Below the pieces are notes generated by a model. It was given only the letters and a program-made list of their open reading frames with translations, was not told where the DNA came from and ran no database searches. From a virus (Duplodnaviria; Caudoviricetes), in IMG/VR virus record IMGVR_UViG_3300046007_006572, positions 1-57,414 of that record: a stretch of 57,414 bases of DNA. The stretch is one strand, 5' to 3'. The translations under genes were made by a program, and so were the position numbers. Within the stretch, counting starts at the first letter, position 1. Each line of letters begins with the position of its first letter. Shown piece after piece: positions 29,167 to 38,870 of the stretch.

Positions 29167-29646
29167 TTATGGCTGTTCTGGCCACTGAACATTCCAAGGA
29201 AATCCTTCTTGCTCAGGAACTTCACGTAGTGCTTGACGATATGTTGCCCATGCTGCTTTATCAACAGGCGAATCTTCTAATTGCGTCCAATCACAATCTT
29301 TTAATTTTTGATTGCGGTCACGACGAACAGCATCACCTTGTTCAGCATCTTTTCTTGCTTTATATTCTGCTTCTTGTTCAGCAGCAGTTTTTTCTTCATT
29401 GTCAGTGAAGATTGGTCCTAGTACATACTTAGTGAACCATTTTCCATCCTGTGCTTGTTCAATGCCAGCAAATTGGCTGTATTGATATACTGTACCACCA
29501 GTTGCTTGTGGTCCTTCAAATACTGAGTCAACACCATTTGCTTCCATCCACTCCAGTGTGAGTGGAGCAGGAGCGTCTGGCATCGTGCTACGCAGAGCAT
29601 GGTCTGTTGGAAAGTATTCACCTGTTGATTGTAATCTGTATCCCAT
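29167..29646 (-). CDS. Phage tail assembly chaperone
   Basis: C-terminal RRDRNQKLKDCDWTQLEDSP...WATYRQALREVPEQEGFPWNVQWP. Confidence 0.82.
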   Translation of the reverse strand: MGYRLQSTGEYFPTDHALRSTMPDAPAPLTLEWMEANGVDSVFEGPQATGGTVYQYSQFAGIEQAQDGKWFTKYVLGPIFTDNEEKTAAEQEAEYKARKDAEQGDAVRRDRNQKLKDCDWTQLEDSPVDKAAWATYRQALREVPEQEGFPWNVQWPEQP

Positions 29647-29665
29647 GATTGTTTCTCGTTAAAAT

Positions 29666-31711
29666 TTATGCGATTGCTAAGAAAATAAATAAACCGCCAC
29701 TGCCGTTAATTGCTGCTGGTGCCGTGCTGCTGATTTCGAAACCTGCATTGAATGTATCGATATAATCTGTGTTAGTGACTTCATTCGCAGTTGAATTGAT
29801 TATGAGATATGGGTCGTTACCTGCCACAATACCTCTTGTGCTATCCCAAACATACCAAGCGCCAGGGTCTACATCATCATAACGTTTTATCATTACAAAT
29901 CTTGCACCAGTAGTAAAGCCACAATCGATTTGTTTAGTTGTTCCGGAACCAACATAGCTGCCCACTTTAGACACTCCGGGACATGATGCGAATAGATAAG
30001 CAACAAAAGTTCCACCTAACCCATTTGTGTCGTTTGCACCGTCAAGAGAAAATACAGAGCTAGTTGGTGCAGTTGAATTCCATTTATTGGGTGTTGCGGG
30101 GTCGGCATTGTTGGATAAGTTAAAAAATGCAGTTTCCGTTGGACCGTATGCAGAATGATAAGTAGGCCAATTACCTATTGATTCACGCCTTTTAATAATC
30201 ATCATCTCAGGCGGAACGCCTAAATTATGAGCTATAGTTCTTACGGCTAATGTTCCTGTATAGCACACGATATCGAAGAAACCAGGAGCCCGACGGAAAA
30301 ACCAAGGTACATAAGTTTGACCAGATAAATTGGTATATCCACCGCCACTGTTATTACCTAAAGTGATTCCGTTCATGTCAAAGGAAGTTATTTCATTGCT
30401 ATAATTAGCTTCTGCATTATTTAAATGAGTTATGAGCAGGGGTGCGCCACGTAGTCTATCTATAAAAGTGTGACCTGTTCCGCTTCTTGAACCAGTAAAC
30501 ACCAAATCTGGCGCAAATCCTACTTCAGTTACCGTTGCAGTAGCACTAGTGCCGCTACGAGCAATGGCGTTATAAACCTGCGTCCCACTCGTCGGTGTTT
30601 TCATCGGACCACGACGAATGGTAATATACATGTAATTGGTTGAAGTTAACCAAAGACTTCCAGTGCTAGGACCAAAACCTGTTGCGTTGATTGGAAGTTG
30701 TGCGCCTTGTGCTACCTCTGCGGAGCTGCTGTTTGGCAACAAGTATGCTGAACCCGTAACACTCCAAGACCGCATATTGTCGTAAATAATCCAGGATTGT
30801 GGATTATTGATTGATTTTACTAATATCCATTGAGGCTCATACCCAAGATTTACCGCCGGAGCATTACCACTACCATCAGTCGTAAACGATCCACAGCTAA
30901 TCACATTGTCCGTACCAGTCAGACCAAATCCTCCTGCATCGTGAGCAAATATGTAGGCAATGTATGTTCTAGTGTCACCATTTACGTCCGAATCGTTTGA
31001 TAAATTAAAAGATGTTGAAGTAACTTGATTGACTTTAGTGCTTATTTGTTCTGCGCTTGTGGTATTCAATTGTAAAAATCCACTAGCACTTAAACTTCTA
31101 TGCCAAACAACCCAATTGCTAGTAAAGCCGGCAGCTGACAAGCACTTAATTATAATGCAACCAGGCGTTGATCCAAGATTATGTGAAACTGGCCGACTGT
31201 TTTGTCCATCTCCCGTATAAGTCACCATATCAAAAAACTTTGGCTGCTTGCGGAATGTCCAAGATGTGTAAGTTGTGCCGCTTTGATTAACAAGATATCC
31301 TGTGCCACCTTTGACGGTGAATCCATTAGAATTGAATGATGTAACACCGAAATCAGAACCGAAAAGTGTGGATACATCATTATTGTCAGAAAACAAATAT
31401 CTGTTTACACCTCTTTGTGTATCAAAAATGGCATGTGACTGAGCATTTGATCTTGATTTGATCCATGTCATACCACCTTTACTAGACAAATCGATGCCAT
31501 TCGTAATTGTTTGCGCTTCTGGAGGAGCACTAGGGCTAGTACCCGTGTATAAGTACGTCGAAAATACTTCTTCAATGTAATTGGCAACAGCAGCAACAGG
31601 AGAAGCCGAGGGAAAAGGAAAACGCCTAAGGCTCAGTCGATTTGAACTGAACCTATACGATGAAACTGTTTTGCTCCGAAGAGTACCTACACTGGCTCTT
31701 TTAAGACTCAT
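29666..31711 (-). CDS. Tail fibre/receptor-binding protein with two internal ~330-aa repeats
   Basis: Repeated WIKSR / FFD(M/I)V.YTG...HNLG..P..IIIK / YIAY.FA blocks; family recalled as DUF7483-like (not verified); chaperone gene follows. Confidence 0.72.
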   Translation of the reverse strand: MSLKRASVGTLRSKTVSSYRFSSNRLSLRRFPFPSASPVAAVANYIEEVFSTYLYTGTSPSAPPEAQTITNGIDLSSKGGMTWIKSRSNAQSHAIFDTQRGVNRYLFSDNNDVSTLFGSDFGVTSFNSNGFTVKGGTGYLVNQSGTTYTSWTFRKQPKFFDMVTYTGDGQNSRPVSHNLGSTPGCIIIKCLSAAGFTSNWVVWHRSLSASGFLQLNTTSAEQISTKVNQVTSTSFNLSNDSDVNGDTRTYIAYIFAHDAGGFGLTGTDNVISCGSFTTDGSGNAPAVNLGYEPQWILVKSINNPQSWIIYDNMRSWSVTGSAYLLPNSSSAEVAQGAQLPINATGFGPSTGSLWLTSTNYMYITIRRGPMKTPTSGTQVYNAIARSGTSATATVTEVGFAPDLVFTGSRSGTGHTFIDRLRGAPLLITHLNNAEANYSNEITSFDMNGITLGNNSGGGYTNLSGQTYVPWFFRRAPGFFDIVCYTGTLAVRTIAHNLGVPPEMMIIKRRESIGNWPTYHSAYGPTETAFFNLSNNADPATPNKWNSTAPTSSVFSLDGANDTNGLGGTFVAYLFASCPGVSKVGSYVGSGTTKQIDCGFTTGARFVMIKRYDDVDPGAWYVWDSTRGIVAGNDPYLIINSTANEVTNTDYIDTFNAGFEISSTAPAAINGSGGLFIFLAIA

Positions 31712-31713
31712 TC

Positions 31714-32052
31714 TTAGTAAACTTCAGTACCAAATGCAGAGAATGCTAACAGTGAACTATTTGCATTTACCGAAACAATTGAACCAGCATTCAGTGTAAC
31801 ACCAAGTGTCAATGTCACAGTGTCTCTTGATGGAACGTTCACACTGTATGCAAGATAACTTGCGTTTGAAACAGCAGCACTTGAAGTATTCGCTGCAATT
31901 CTAAACGCTGCACCAATGTTAGCCGCTTCATCAAGATTCGCAACAACAATTGATGAAATGATAGCAGAATTGCCTGATGGCACTGTGTAAAGAGTGCTGA
32001 GTACATTTGCTGTCGGATTTCTTTGTCCTAAAATTTTATATGCTCTTGCCAT
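31714..32052 (-). CDS. ~110-aa beta-sandwich adaptor (MARAYKILGQ type)
   Basis: LYTVPSG.SAIISSIVVAN...AFSAFGTEV; similar size and pattern to the 110-aa ORF at 32736. Confidence 0.7.
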   Translation of the reverse strand: MARAYKILGQRNPTANVLSTLYTVPSGNSAIISSIVVANLDEAANIGAAFRIAANTSSAAVSNASYLAYSVNVPSRDTVTLTLGVTLNAGSIVSVNANSSLLAFSAFGTEVY

Positions 32053-32067
32053 TTAGTTTTCCTTTGT

Positions 32068-32736
32068 TTACATTCCACCAAATAAAAATGCATCATCAAA
32101 TATGTCTGGAAGTGACACAATGTTATTTCCAGAGATTGCATTATCTGCGATTAGATTACCTGTAATTGTTCCTGCAACAATATTATTAGCACGAATAACA
32201 TTGTCATTCAATTCATTGCCAGTAATTGCACCATCTGCAATTAGATTGCCTGTAATTGTGCCAGCAACGATGTTGTTACCACGAATTGAGTTTTCTGTAA
32301 TGTTATTTCCACTTACAGAAGTTACGCCTAGTTTCACACCTGTAACACTACCATCTGCAATGTCTGATGCAATGACTGTTCCTGGTGCAATCTTACTGCT
32401 CGTCACAGAGTTATCTGCAAGTGCTCCTGTAGTAACTGCATTTGCTTGAAGCTGACTTGCAGAAACTTGATTGAACGTCAGTGTAATTGGTGATGTATAG
32501 TTCACCAAAATGTTTTCTGTTCCTAGAGATGGTGCTTCAGTAAATGTAACAATACCTGAAGAAACATTATACGATGCTATTGGTGTTTGTAATACACTGT
32601 TGACAACAACTAGTATCGCATTGGCATCATCAATAGTTCTTGACAAAGTGAACTGAGTACAAGCACCTGTACCGCTAAACTTATCTACTTTAGCAGTAAA
32701 AACGTTGACTTCAGGACTGTTGCCAATATATGCCAT
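32068..32736 (-). CDS. Fibre adaptor (MAYIGN Ig-like module, GNNI stalk, DDAFLFGGM tail)
   Basis: Modules shared with the 258-aa and 77-aa ORFs. Confidence 0.75.
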   Translation of the reverse strand: MAYIGNSPEVNVFTAKVDKFSGTGACTQFTLSRTIDDANAILVVVNSVLQTPIASYNVSSGIVTFTEAPSLGTENILVNYTSPITLTFNQVSASQLQANAVTTGALADNSVTSSKIAPGTVIASDIADGSVTGVKLGVTSVSGNNITENSIRGNNIVAGTITGNLIADGAITGNELNDNVIRANNIVAGTITGNLIADNAISGNNIVSLPDIFDDAFLFGGM

Positions 32737-33068
32737 TAGGTAACCTCCAGAACTGAAACAATAACGTCTGCTGATGACGCAACTGAAGTGTTGACTTGCA
32801 GATAATCACCTGCTTCAAGAACTAGTTTTTGGTCGCCACCAACTGGTACTAAAGCACCACCAGGTGCCACTGTCGCTTCTTTGACCAGATAAACATTACC
32901 AGTAATATTGCCTCCACTTAGAATGACATTTGCAGAAATTGGTGTAGCAGTAATGTTGGCAATTGTCATACCAATTACCGTTGCTTGTACGCCAGCACCA
33001 GCTGCATAAGCATTCTGCGCTGTTGTTCCAGCAGCCTTGAGTGTTTGATTTTTAAAAGTATTAGCCAT
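32736..33068 (-). CDS. ~110-aa beta-sandwich adaptor (MANTFKN type)
   Basis: TVIGMTIAN...YLVKEATVAPGGAL...KLVLEAGD...DVIVSVLEVT. Confidence 0.7.
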   Translation of the reverse strand: MANTFKNQTLKAAGTTAQNAYAAGAGVQATVIGMTIANITATPISANVILSGGNITGNVYLVKEATVAPGGALVPVGGDQKLVLEAGDYLQVNTSVASSADVIVSVLEVT

Positions 33069-33090
33069 TAAATCCTCTGTTTTTCTTCAG

Positions 33091-33098
33091 TATTTATT
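33091..33098 (-). promoter_or_regulatory. Probable late promoter (AATAAATA)
   Basis: TAAATA core upstream of 33068 with GAGGA RBS. Confidence 0.6.
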
Positions 33099-33313
33099 CA
33101 ACCCAAGGCAATCGCAAAAGCAAGGGCATCATCAACAATAGAGTTGTTTCCAGTTACAGTAAAGTCTCCACCAACAACTAGATTTGTGTTAGCATAAAAT
33201 GTGCCACCGACACCGTTTGTCAGATTATTCGCAACTGCAATCAGGTCTTGTGTTGCAACAAGCCACTGCTGAAAGGTGTTTGCGGTAGTTACTTGATTAA
33301 TATTCGCTGGCAT
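33098..33313 (-). CDS. 71-aa mini fibre anchor ending DDALAFAIALG
   Basis: N-terminal NTFQQW...DLI fibre-shoulder-like motif and hydrophobic C-terminal motif. Confidence 0.65.
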   Translation of the reverse strand: MPANINQVTTANTFQQWLVATQDLIAVANNLTNGVGGTFYANTNLVVGGDFTVTGNNSIVDDALAFAIALG

Positions 33314-33315
33314 TT

Positions 33316-33525
33316 TTATCCTCTATTTGCAATCTGTTGCAATAAAAACTTAATTTCTTGAAAGTCATTTTTCAAAGACGATATCTCTTCATTGAGGTGT
33401 TGAATCTCATCTTTCACTTTGTTTTTATTTCTGTGTTCCATCAAAGTTTCCCTATCAACGCTAATTATTGCATTGTTGAAAGGGTCCCTCAAAAGATTTT
33501 TATGGTCTTTTACTTTATGCATCAT
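33316..33525 (-). CDS. Small coiled-coil hypothetical protein
   Basis: KVKDHKNLLRDP.NNAII...EISSLKNDFQEIK; overlaps the upstream stop. Confidence 0.65.
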   Translation of the reverse strand: MMHKVKDHKNLLRDPFNNAIISVDRETLMEHRNKNKVKDEIQHLNEEISSLKNDFQEIKFLLQQIANRG

Positions 33526-36500
33526 GATAGTGCAATCGCTCTCAGATTCTTGACTGTTGGTGCAGCCGCCGGGTTTGTAGAGAAGAACACAATCTTGATT
33601 GCAAATGTTCTAAAGTTTGTATATGTAACTCCACTTGAGGTGTAAGTAACATTGTTCACTTTATACTCATAATCATAATATTCAGAAGCATTTTGATTTA
33701 CCGAAGATACTCCACTCTGTGTCATCAATACCCAAGGCTTGTTCTCAATCTTATCCGAATCGGTTGCCGCTACAGCACGGTAATACACTTGAATTGAAGA
33801 ACCCTGCGGCAAGTTTTGTTGCAAGTAAACTCTGAGAGCAGTCGCATCAAATGCATCATTCAGTGTAACTTTTCTCAGAAGATATTTTGACGCTGCACCG
33901 CCACCCGATGACAATGTTTCAGGATACGATGTAACGTTTGCTGCTGCTGGACTTTCTAACAGATTTTTGATTGCAACATATGTAGAAGTCGAGACATCAA
34001 CGTATGGTGATACATCTGGATTCGTCGTAAACATCGAGATTTTTACGTTTGCATCTGCTGCTGTGTTCGCAACTTTTCTTTGGTCCAAGATAATGTTAGA
34101 GTTAGGAATAATTCCAACATAATCACTCAGAACTGCTGCACCATTATTTTTGGTTGCCAACTCAAAAGAAATATTTGCAGATGTAGCAACAGAGTCATAA
34201 GGAATGGTGAGTCTTGCTGCATCATATTGTTGCTCGTAACCAAATTGTTCAGTAGTCAAAACAGCAACTTGCGTTGTATTTGCATTGAATTCACACTTGT
34301 TCAAAACAAAACAAATATCACTGTTTTGGTCCGGCGTCCAAGTTGAACCATTCTGAGACTTGAAGAATGAGCCAATGTATGGTTGAGAAACAATTGGTCC
34401 CGTACCATCAATTCTTTGCTTCAGAATCGTACCAATGTAAACATTATATTTGTCTGAGTTCGCAGCAACAACAAAAGAATACTCACCAGGTTCCAAGAAA
34501 ATTGGAGAACTAAATGTGAATGTAGTTGCTACCGGTACATTTGCTGTTACTGGTAAGTTTACACTAGTTGGATTTAGTGTTACAGTTGAACCAGGTATCA
34601 CATAATTCGAATCTGGGAATCCATTCACTGTTGGTCTAAGTTCAACAGTAACGGGAATTCCAGTTGTGTCTTTTGTAGCAAAGAAAAGGTCGATGCTTGA
34701 AACGTAGATGCCTTCAGGATTCGTGAACTCATTTACAAAGAATGTTTGTCCAAGGGGGTCACCCACAGAACATTTTTCTTTTTTAGCTTCGTTCTTGAAT
34801 GCTTCTGTAACCTTGTCTAATGAAGCACCTCCAGCCGCAACAGATACCCAATAATTATAACCATCTTGGTCTGGTTTTCTTCCTAATTCACTCTGATATA
34901 ACTGTACAATTTTATCGGCAGCAGCATTAGCATTAGATACAACAGTGGCATAAGAAGGTGGTGTATAAGATGAACTCCCTGTCAAATCGTTAACCGCTTT
35001 TTGATAGTCTGTGCTTCCACCATATCTTCCACCACCACTTGAAGCAGCAGTAATAGCAACTGAAACACCCGTTGTATATGTTGGAGCATTACTGTCAATA
35101 TATGGACCAGTTGACTCTCCACCAATAACAGTTAGGAAAGGCACGTTAGGTTTCTTCTTCTTTTTCTTCTTTTTCTTTTTACCAGAGTAAAAATAAGTTT
35201 CGGCAAGAGTGCTTGCTAATTGCATTCCTAAACGATTATCACAGAAATATAAATGATTTTCACCAAAAGTAAACTTGAAGGTATCATCATTAGGAATTTT
35301 TAGTTGACCCTTAGCATAACCATTGGCGTTTGACACCAGTGCTTCCGTTGTATAAGTATTTGAAACGGTATTATAAGTGTTCAAATAACTACCAAGGTGT
35401 ACAGAATCTAAGTAAACTGTCAACTCTGTATTAGGTCGCATCCCAAAAAGTTCAAAGTTAATAGTAGTGTTGGCGACATATAGAAGAACTCTATTATCAT
35501 TCAATCTGCTATCATTCTCTCTTACTAAACCACTAGATGTTGTTTGAATTTGTTGTCCAGAAGTTGAATAATATGTATATACAATATTATTTTCTTCCGA
35601 AAAACCTAGTAAAGCCCAGTCGTTCCATTTTGTTCCTTCAAAGTTATTTGAATAAACATAATTATCCAAATCTTTGTCTTTATTCAAAACAACTTTAGCT
35701 TTTTTGAAGTCTATCCATCTTGGAGATTCTTTGTCTAGCTTTACGTATCCGATAAATCCAACTACATTGAATGGGTTTACATTGATTATTCCCGATGCTA
35801 CATTCTGAGTAATATAAGGAACAGAAGTATAAGACAAAGTGAGTAAATTGCCAGTTACTGCCAATGTGTTACTCGAAACTGACAAGAAAGTAGCATTACT
35901 TTCAAACTTTGGTCTCAAAACTTCATTGTCATAATCAATTGAGCATTTATAGTCTGGACTGAAAACATCACCAACACCATGACCTTTGAACGAATCTACA
36001 ATAAATCCATTGTTGAATAATCTATTGTCTTGGTCATCGTAGTAGGTGGTTGTCGCAATATCTTTTTCTAAAAGATTGAGTGCTGTATAGTACTCAACTC
36101 TTGTCAAACGGTTATCAAGAGCGCCAATGTCTCTCATTGTGTAACGTCTGTTATTTTGAATAGTTATATCAACATTACTTGTACTGTATGTGTAAGGGTC
36201 AACTTTTAAAGTATAAAGAGTCATTGCATCGACTTCATCATTTGGAGTCGGTGGATTGTTCAATGCACTTACACCAGAAATAACTTTAAAGGTACCATTC
36301 TTACGCAGAACAACTTTATCTGTTCTTGAGAGATAATATTCAACATTTGTGTCAACTGCACCAAGAATTGAATCGACAATCTGCTGCGAACTAAATGACA
36401 TTGCTAAGTTTGAATAAACATTCGAAGAAGCATCCGAAACTCTAATTGGTCTAAAGTCAACGGAATCTCTTAAATCAATAACTGTTCCATCTGTCTTTGT

Positions 36501-38861
36501 ATAAGTTGGAATAGTGTTATAAGTTGGGTATGACAATGTATCAAAGAAGCCTGTACCAGAATGACTATACCGGTCAAAAATAATCAAAACATTACCACTA
36601 TTTACAGTAGCATTATTGTTCACTTTGATTGTGGCATGGTCGTAGAATCCATCTCTTTGACCATAATCAATTGTGAAGCTACCAACTACGTTTACGTTCG
36701 CATTGGCATTGGCAGAATTTGTTGTGCTATCAGAAATATAAATTGCCGAAACATTGACAACATCAGCAAAACCTAAAGACAATGTGTTTGCGGTGTATTG
36801 ATTGATGTACTTTCTTACACCAGTTACTAAAGTTTTTGTTCTTCTTGCTGCCGCTGTGATATCAATCGTTGTCAAAATGTCTGCCGTACCATTGAAACCT
36901 GTGTCGGCAAGGTTGATGTTTAGAGTAGCTGGAGAACCAACAGATGGACTAGGAAGACTAAAATAGGTATTTGAACTTAAATCTACCCATTGTCCTCTTG
37001 AATATGCGCTAGCCGGAGTTCGAATACAAATAGCATAATTTTCTTGCTTGTTTCCTCCAGTTGCACTTGCAAATCTTTCTGTTCCATCATTTGTCTGAAC
37101 TGAACCTACACCAGCGGTAAATGAAACAGATTTGAATACTCGTTTTGTATAATAATTTACTTGAGAAAACTCTTTGACTACATCGTAAGAACTTTCAAAA
37201 ACTGAAGAATCGTAATTAGTATCTGTTAAGTATGCCGACTTGAATGAAAGTGTTGCTGCACCATTACTTGCAACAGGCGTTTGGCTAATTGTAATTTGAT
37301 TACCATTAACTGCCGTTACATACGTTGGAAATCTAATTTCAGCCGCATTTGGATTGCTAACAGCCATACCAACGGTAACACCAGTTGAGCTGGACAAGTT
37401 GATAAGAGGATTTGCACTGTTATATGCACCAGTAAGAGTTCTTGTAGTGATTGAACTTGAATCAATATTACATGTTCCGTTTACAGAAGTTGTATTACCA
37501 GCAATAATTGTGTTTGCTAAATCAATTGGAGTGTTGCTAGTTTTTACAATATTAAACAATTGCAATTTATAAACAGACGCCGAACCGTTTCCACTTACAT
37601 ATTCAATATTTCTTGGATATGCTTCTGCAATTTTTGTTGATGCGCCAAAATTACCGTTGTTACTGTGAATTTCAAGTTTTGATGCGGTTGAGAAATTAAA
37701 GATTTCACCGTTCGCACTTGTCACATAAAAGTAGTTACCATAATATGCAGGAACATCATAGCCCGAAACTGTTTCTGTATCTCTTGATTTTGACAATACA
37801 AGTTCGGTTACACCAACAGTTTCTATTTCATAACCTCTGACGTATGCCTTTCCGGGACTTATATCTAAAACAAAATTTGTGTTTGCCGCATCTGCAAATT
37901 TTTCATCTGGAATTTTTGGATCTAATCCTTCAACTCTATAATCTCCAGATTCATCATAAGTTCTTCTAGCAAGGGTATCTGCCAAAACAGAATACTGTGA
38001 GTTTTGAACATTCTTTACTAATTGACCTCTTCTATAACGAGCAACTTCAATGTATTTTGAACTCGTCAGACTTGGAATAGATTCATTGGCACTAATTTCT
38101 TTTGTAGTTAGTGTAAGCGTAATCTTGTATCTGTCTGCGCCTGGTGCAATATAATTTGAAGCACCAACGGCGGGGTCAAGTAAAGAAGTATCTGAAGAAG
38201 AAGTTACGATAGATTCTTCAACATCAAAACCAACAGTAACATTTGCATCATTAGAATATTTTGAAACTACTACAGTTTCAGGGTTACTTTGTACAAAATT
38301 TCCATTGATGAAAAAAACACCTTCTGTTACAGAGAACACTCTTGCTATAGTAGACGATTCTGTTGCCGATACGTTTGCTCTTGTGACAAGATTGGCTGTT
38401 GCAAGGTCATCGGTAGAATAAATTCTTAAAGTCTCAGAATTAGCAATTGAGCCATTTGAATTGAGTGTTGAGATACTTGAGGTTTTTATAAAAGTCAATA
38501 ATAATGTATTTGGGTCAGTGTCATCGGCAACCAGTGCTTTTTTGATTTTATAAACGGCATTACTACTATTCGCTACTGCAAAATAATTATCATATCCTGA
38601 AATGCTAATTGCAGTACCAGCGTAAGTTGATTGTAGCTTGACCGAATAAACTTGTTCATCAAATGTCTCAGCACCAGTAACTTTTGAACCTTCTTGAAAA
38701 ACATGCTTACCAAAACGGTCAATTTGATTTTGTAGAATAGTTTGTGATTGTGTCAATTCACGTGCTTGAACGGCACGACCAGGTCTAAACAGAATTCTGT
38801 GAAAATTTTTATCTTCATCAAAATCATCATAATATGGATTCGTATTGAAATTTAATGCCAT
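33522..38861 (-). CDS. Large baseplate/virion structural protein (VrlC/DUF4815-like)
   Basis: NPYYDDFDEDKNFHRILFRPGRAVQARELTQSQTILQNQI, APGADRYKI, LARRTYDESGDY, RRYTMRDIG and DPLGQTF motifs. Confidence 0.88.
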   Translation of the reverse strand: MALNFNTNPYYDDFDEDKNFHRILFRPGRAVQARELTQSQTILQNQIDRFGKHVFQEGSKVTGAETFDEQVYSVKLQSTYAGTAISISGYDNYFAVANSSNAVYKIKKALVADDTDPNTLLLTFIKTSSISTLNSNGSIANSETLRIYSTDDLATANLVTRANVSATESSTIARVFSVTEGVFFINGNFVQSNPETVVVSKYSNDANVTVGFDVEESIVTSSSDTSLLDPAVGASNYIAPGADRYKITLTLTTKEISANESIPSLTSSKYIEVARYRRGQLVKNVQNSQYSVLADTLARRTYDESGDYRVEGLDPKIPDEKFADAANTNFVLDISPGKAYVRGYEIETVGVTELVLSKSRDTETVSGYDVPAYYGNYFYVTSANGEIFNFSTASKLEIHSNNGNFGASTKIAEAYPRNIEYVSGNGSASVYKLQLFNIVKTSNTPIDLANTIIAGNTTSVNGTCNIDSSSITTRTLTGAYNSANPLINLSSSTGVTVGMAVSNPNAAEIRFPTYVTAVNGNQITISQTPVASNGAATLSFKSAYLTDTNYDSSVFESSYDVVKEFSQVNYYTKRVFKSVSFTAGVGSVQTNDGTERFASATGGNKQENYAICIRTPASAYSRGQWVDLSSNTYFSLPSPSVGSPATLNINLADTGFNGTADILTTIDITAAARRTKTLVTGVRKYINQYTANTLSLGFADVVNVSAIYISDSTTNSANANANVNVVGSFTIDYGQRDGFYDHATIKVNNNATVNSGNVLIIFDRYSHSGTGFFDTLSYPTYNTIPTYTKTDGTVIDLRDSVDFRPIRVSDASSNVYSNLAMSFSSQQIVDSILGAVDTNVEYYLSRTDKVVLRKNGTFKVISGVSALNNPPTPNDEVDAMTLYTLKVDPYTYSTSNVDITIQNNRRYTMRDIGALDNRLTRVEYYTALNLLEKDIATTTYYDDQDNRLFNNGFIVDSFKGHGVGDVFSPDYKCSIDYDNEVLRPKFESNATFLSVSSNTLAVTGNLLTLSYTSVPYITQNVASGIINVNPFNVVGFIGYVKLDKESPRWIDFKKAKVVLNKDKDLDNYVYSNNFEGTKWNDWALLGFSEENNIVYTYYSTSGQQIQTTSSGLVRENDSRLNDNRVLLYVANTTINFELFGMRPNTELTVYLDSVHLGSYLNTYNTVSNTYTTEALVSNANGYAKGQLKIPNDDTFKFTFGENHLYFCDNRLGMQLASTLAETYFYSGKKKKKKKKKKPNVPFLTVIGGESTGPYIDSNAPTYTTGVSVAITAASSGGGRYGGSTDYQKAVNDLTGSSSYTPPSYATVVSNANAAADKIVQLYQSELGRKPDQDGYNYWVSVAAGGASLDKVTEAFKNEAKKEKCSVGDPLGQTFFVNEFTNPEGIYVSSIDLFFATKDTTGIPVTVELRPTVNGFPDSNYVIPGSTVTLNPTSVNLPVTANVPVATTFTFSSPIFLEPGEYSFVVAANSDKYNVYIGTILKQRIDGTGPIVSQPYIGSFFKSQNGSTWTPDQNSDICFVLNKCEFNANTTQVAVLTTEQFGYEQQYDAARLTIPYDSVATSANISFELATKNNGAAVLSDYVGIIPNSNIILDQRKVANTAADANVKISMFTTNPDVSPYVDVSTSTYVAIKNLLESPAAANVTSYPETLSSGGGAASKYLLRKVTLNDAFDATALRVYLQQNLPQGSSIQVYYRAVAATDSDKIENKPWVLMTQSGVSSVNQNASEYYDYEYKVNNVTYTSSGVTYTNFRTFAIKIVFFSTNPAAAPTVKNLRAIALS

Positions 38862-38870
38862 GTTTAACCT

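Noticed and set aside
22939-31711. Diversity-generating retroelement acting on the variable fibre genes
   Set aside because: No reverse transcriptase or non-coding template repeat in the window, and differences between blades are not limited to adenines. A distant DGR cannot be excluded.
35151-35180. Programmed frameshift or phase-variable tract at the poly-Lys run
   Set aside because: The reading frame continues into conserved downstream motifs, and the longest A run is only five. Kept as a protein-level finding; minor slippage is not excluded.
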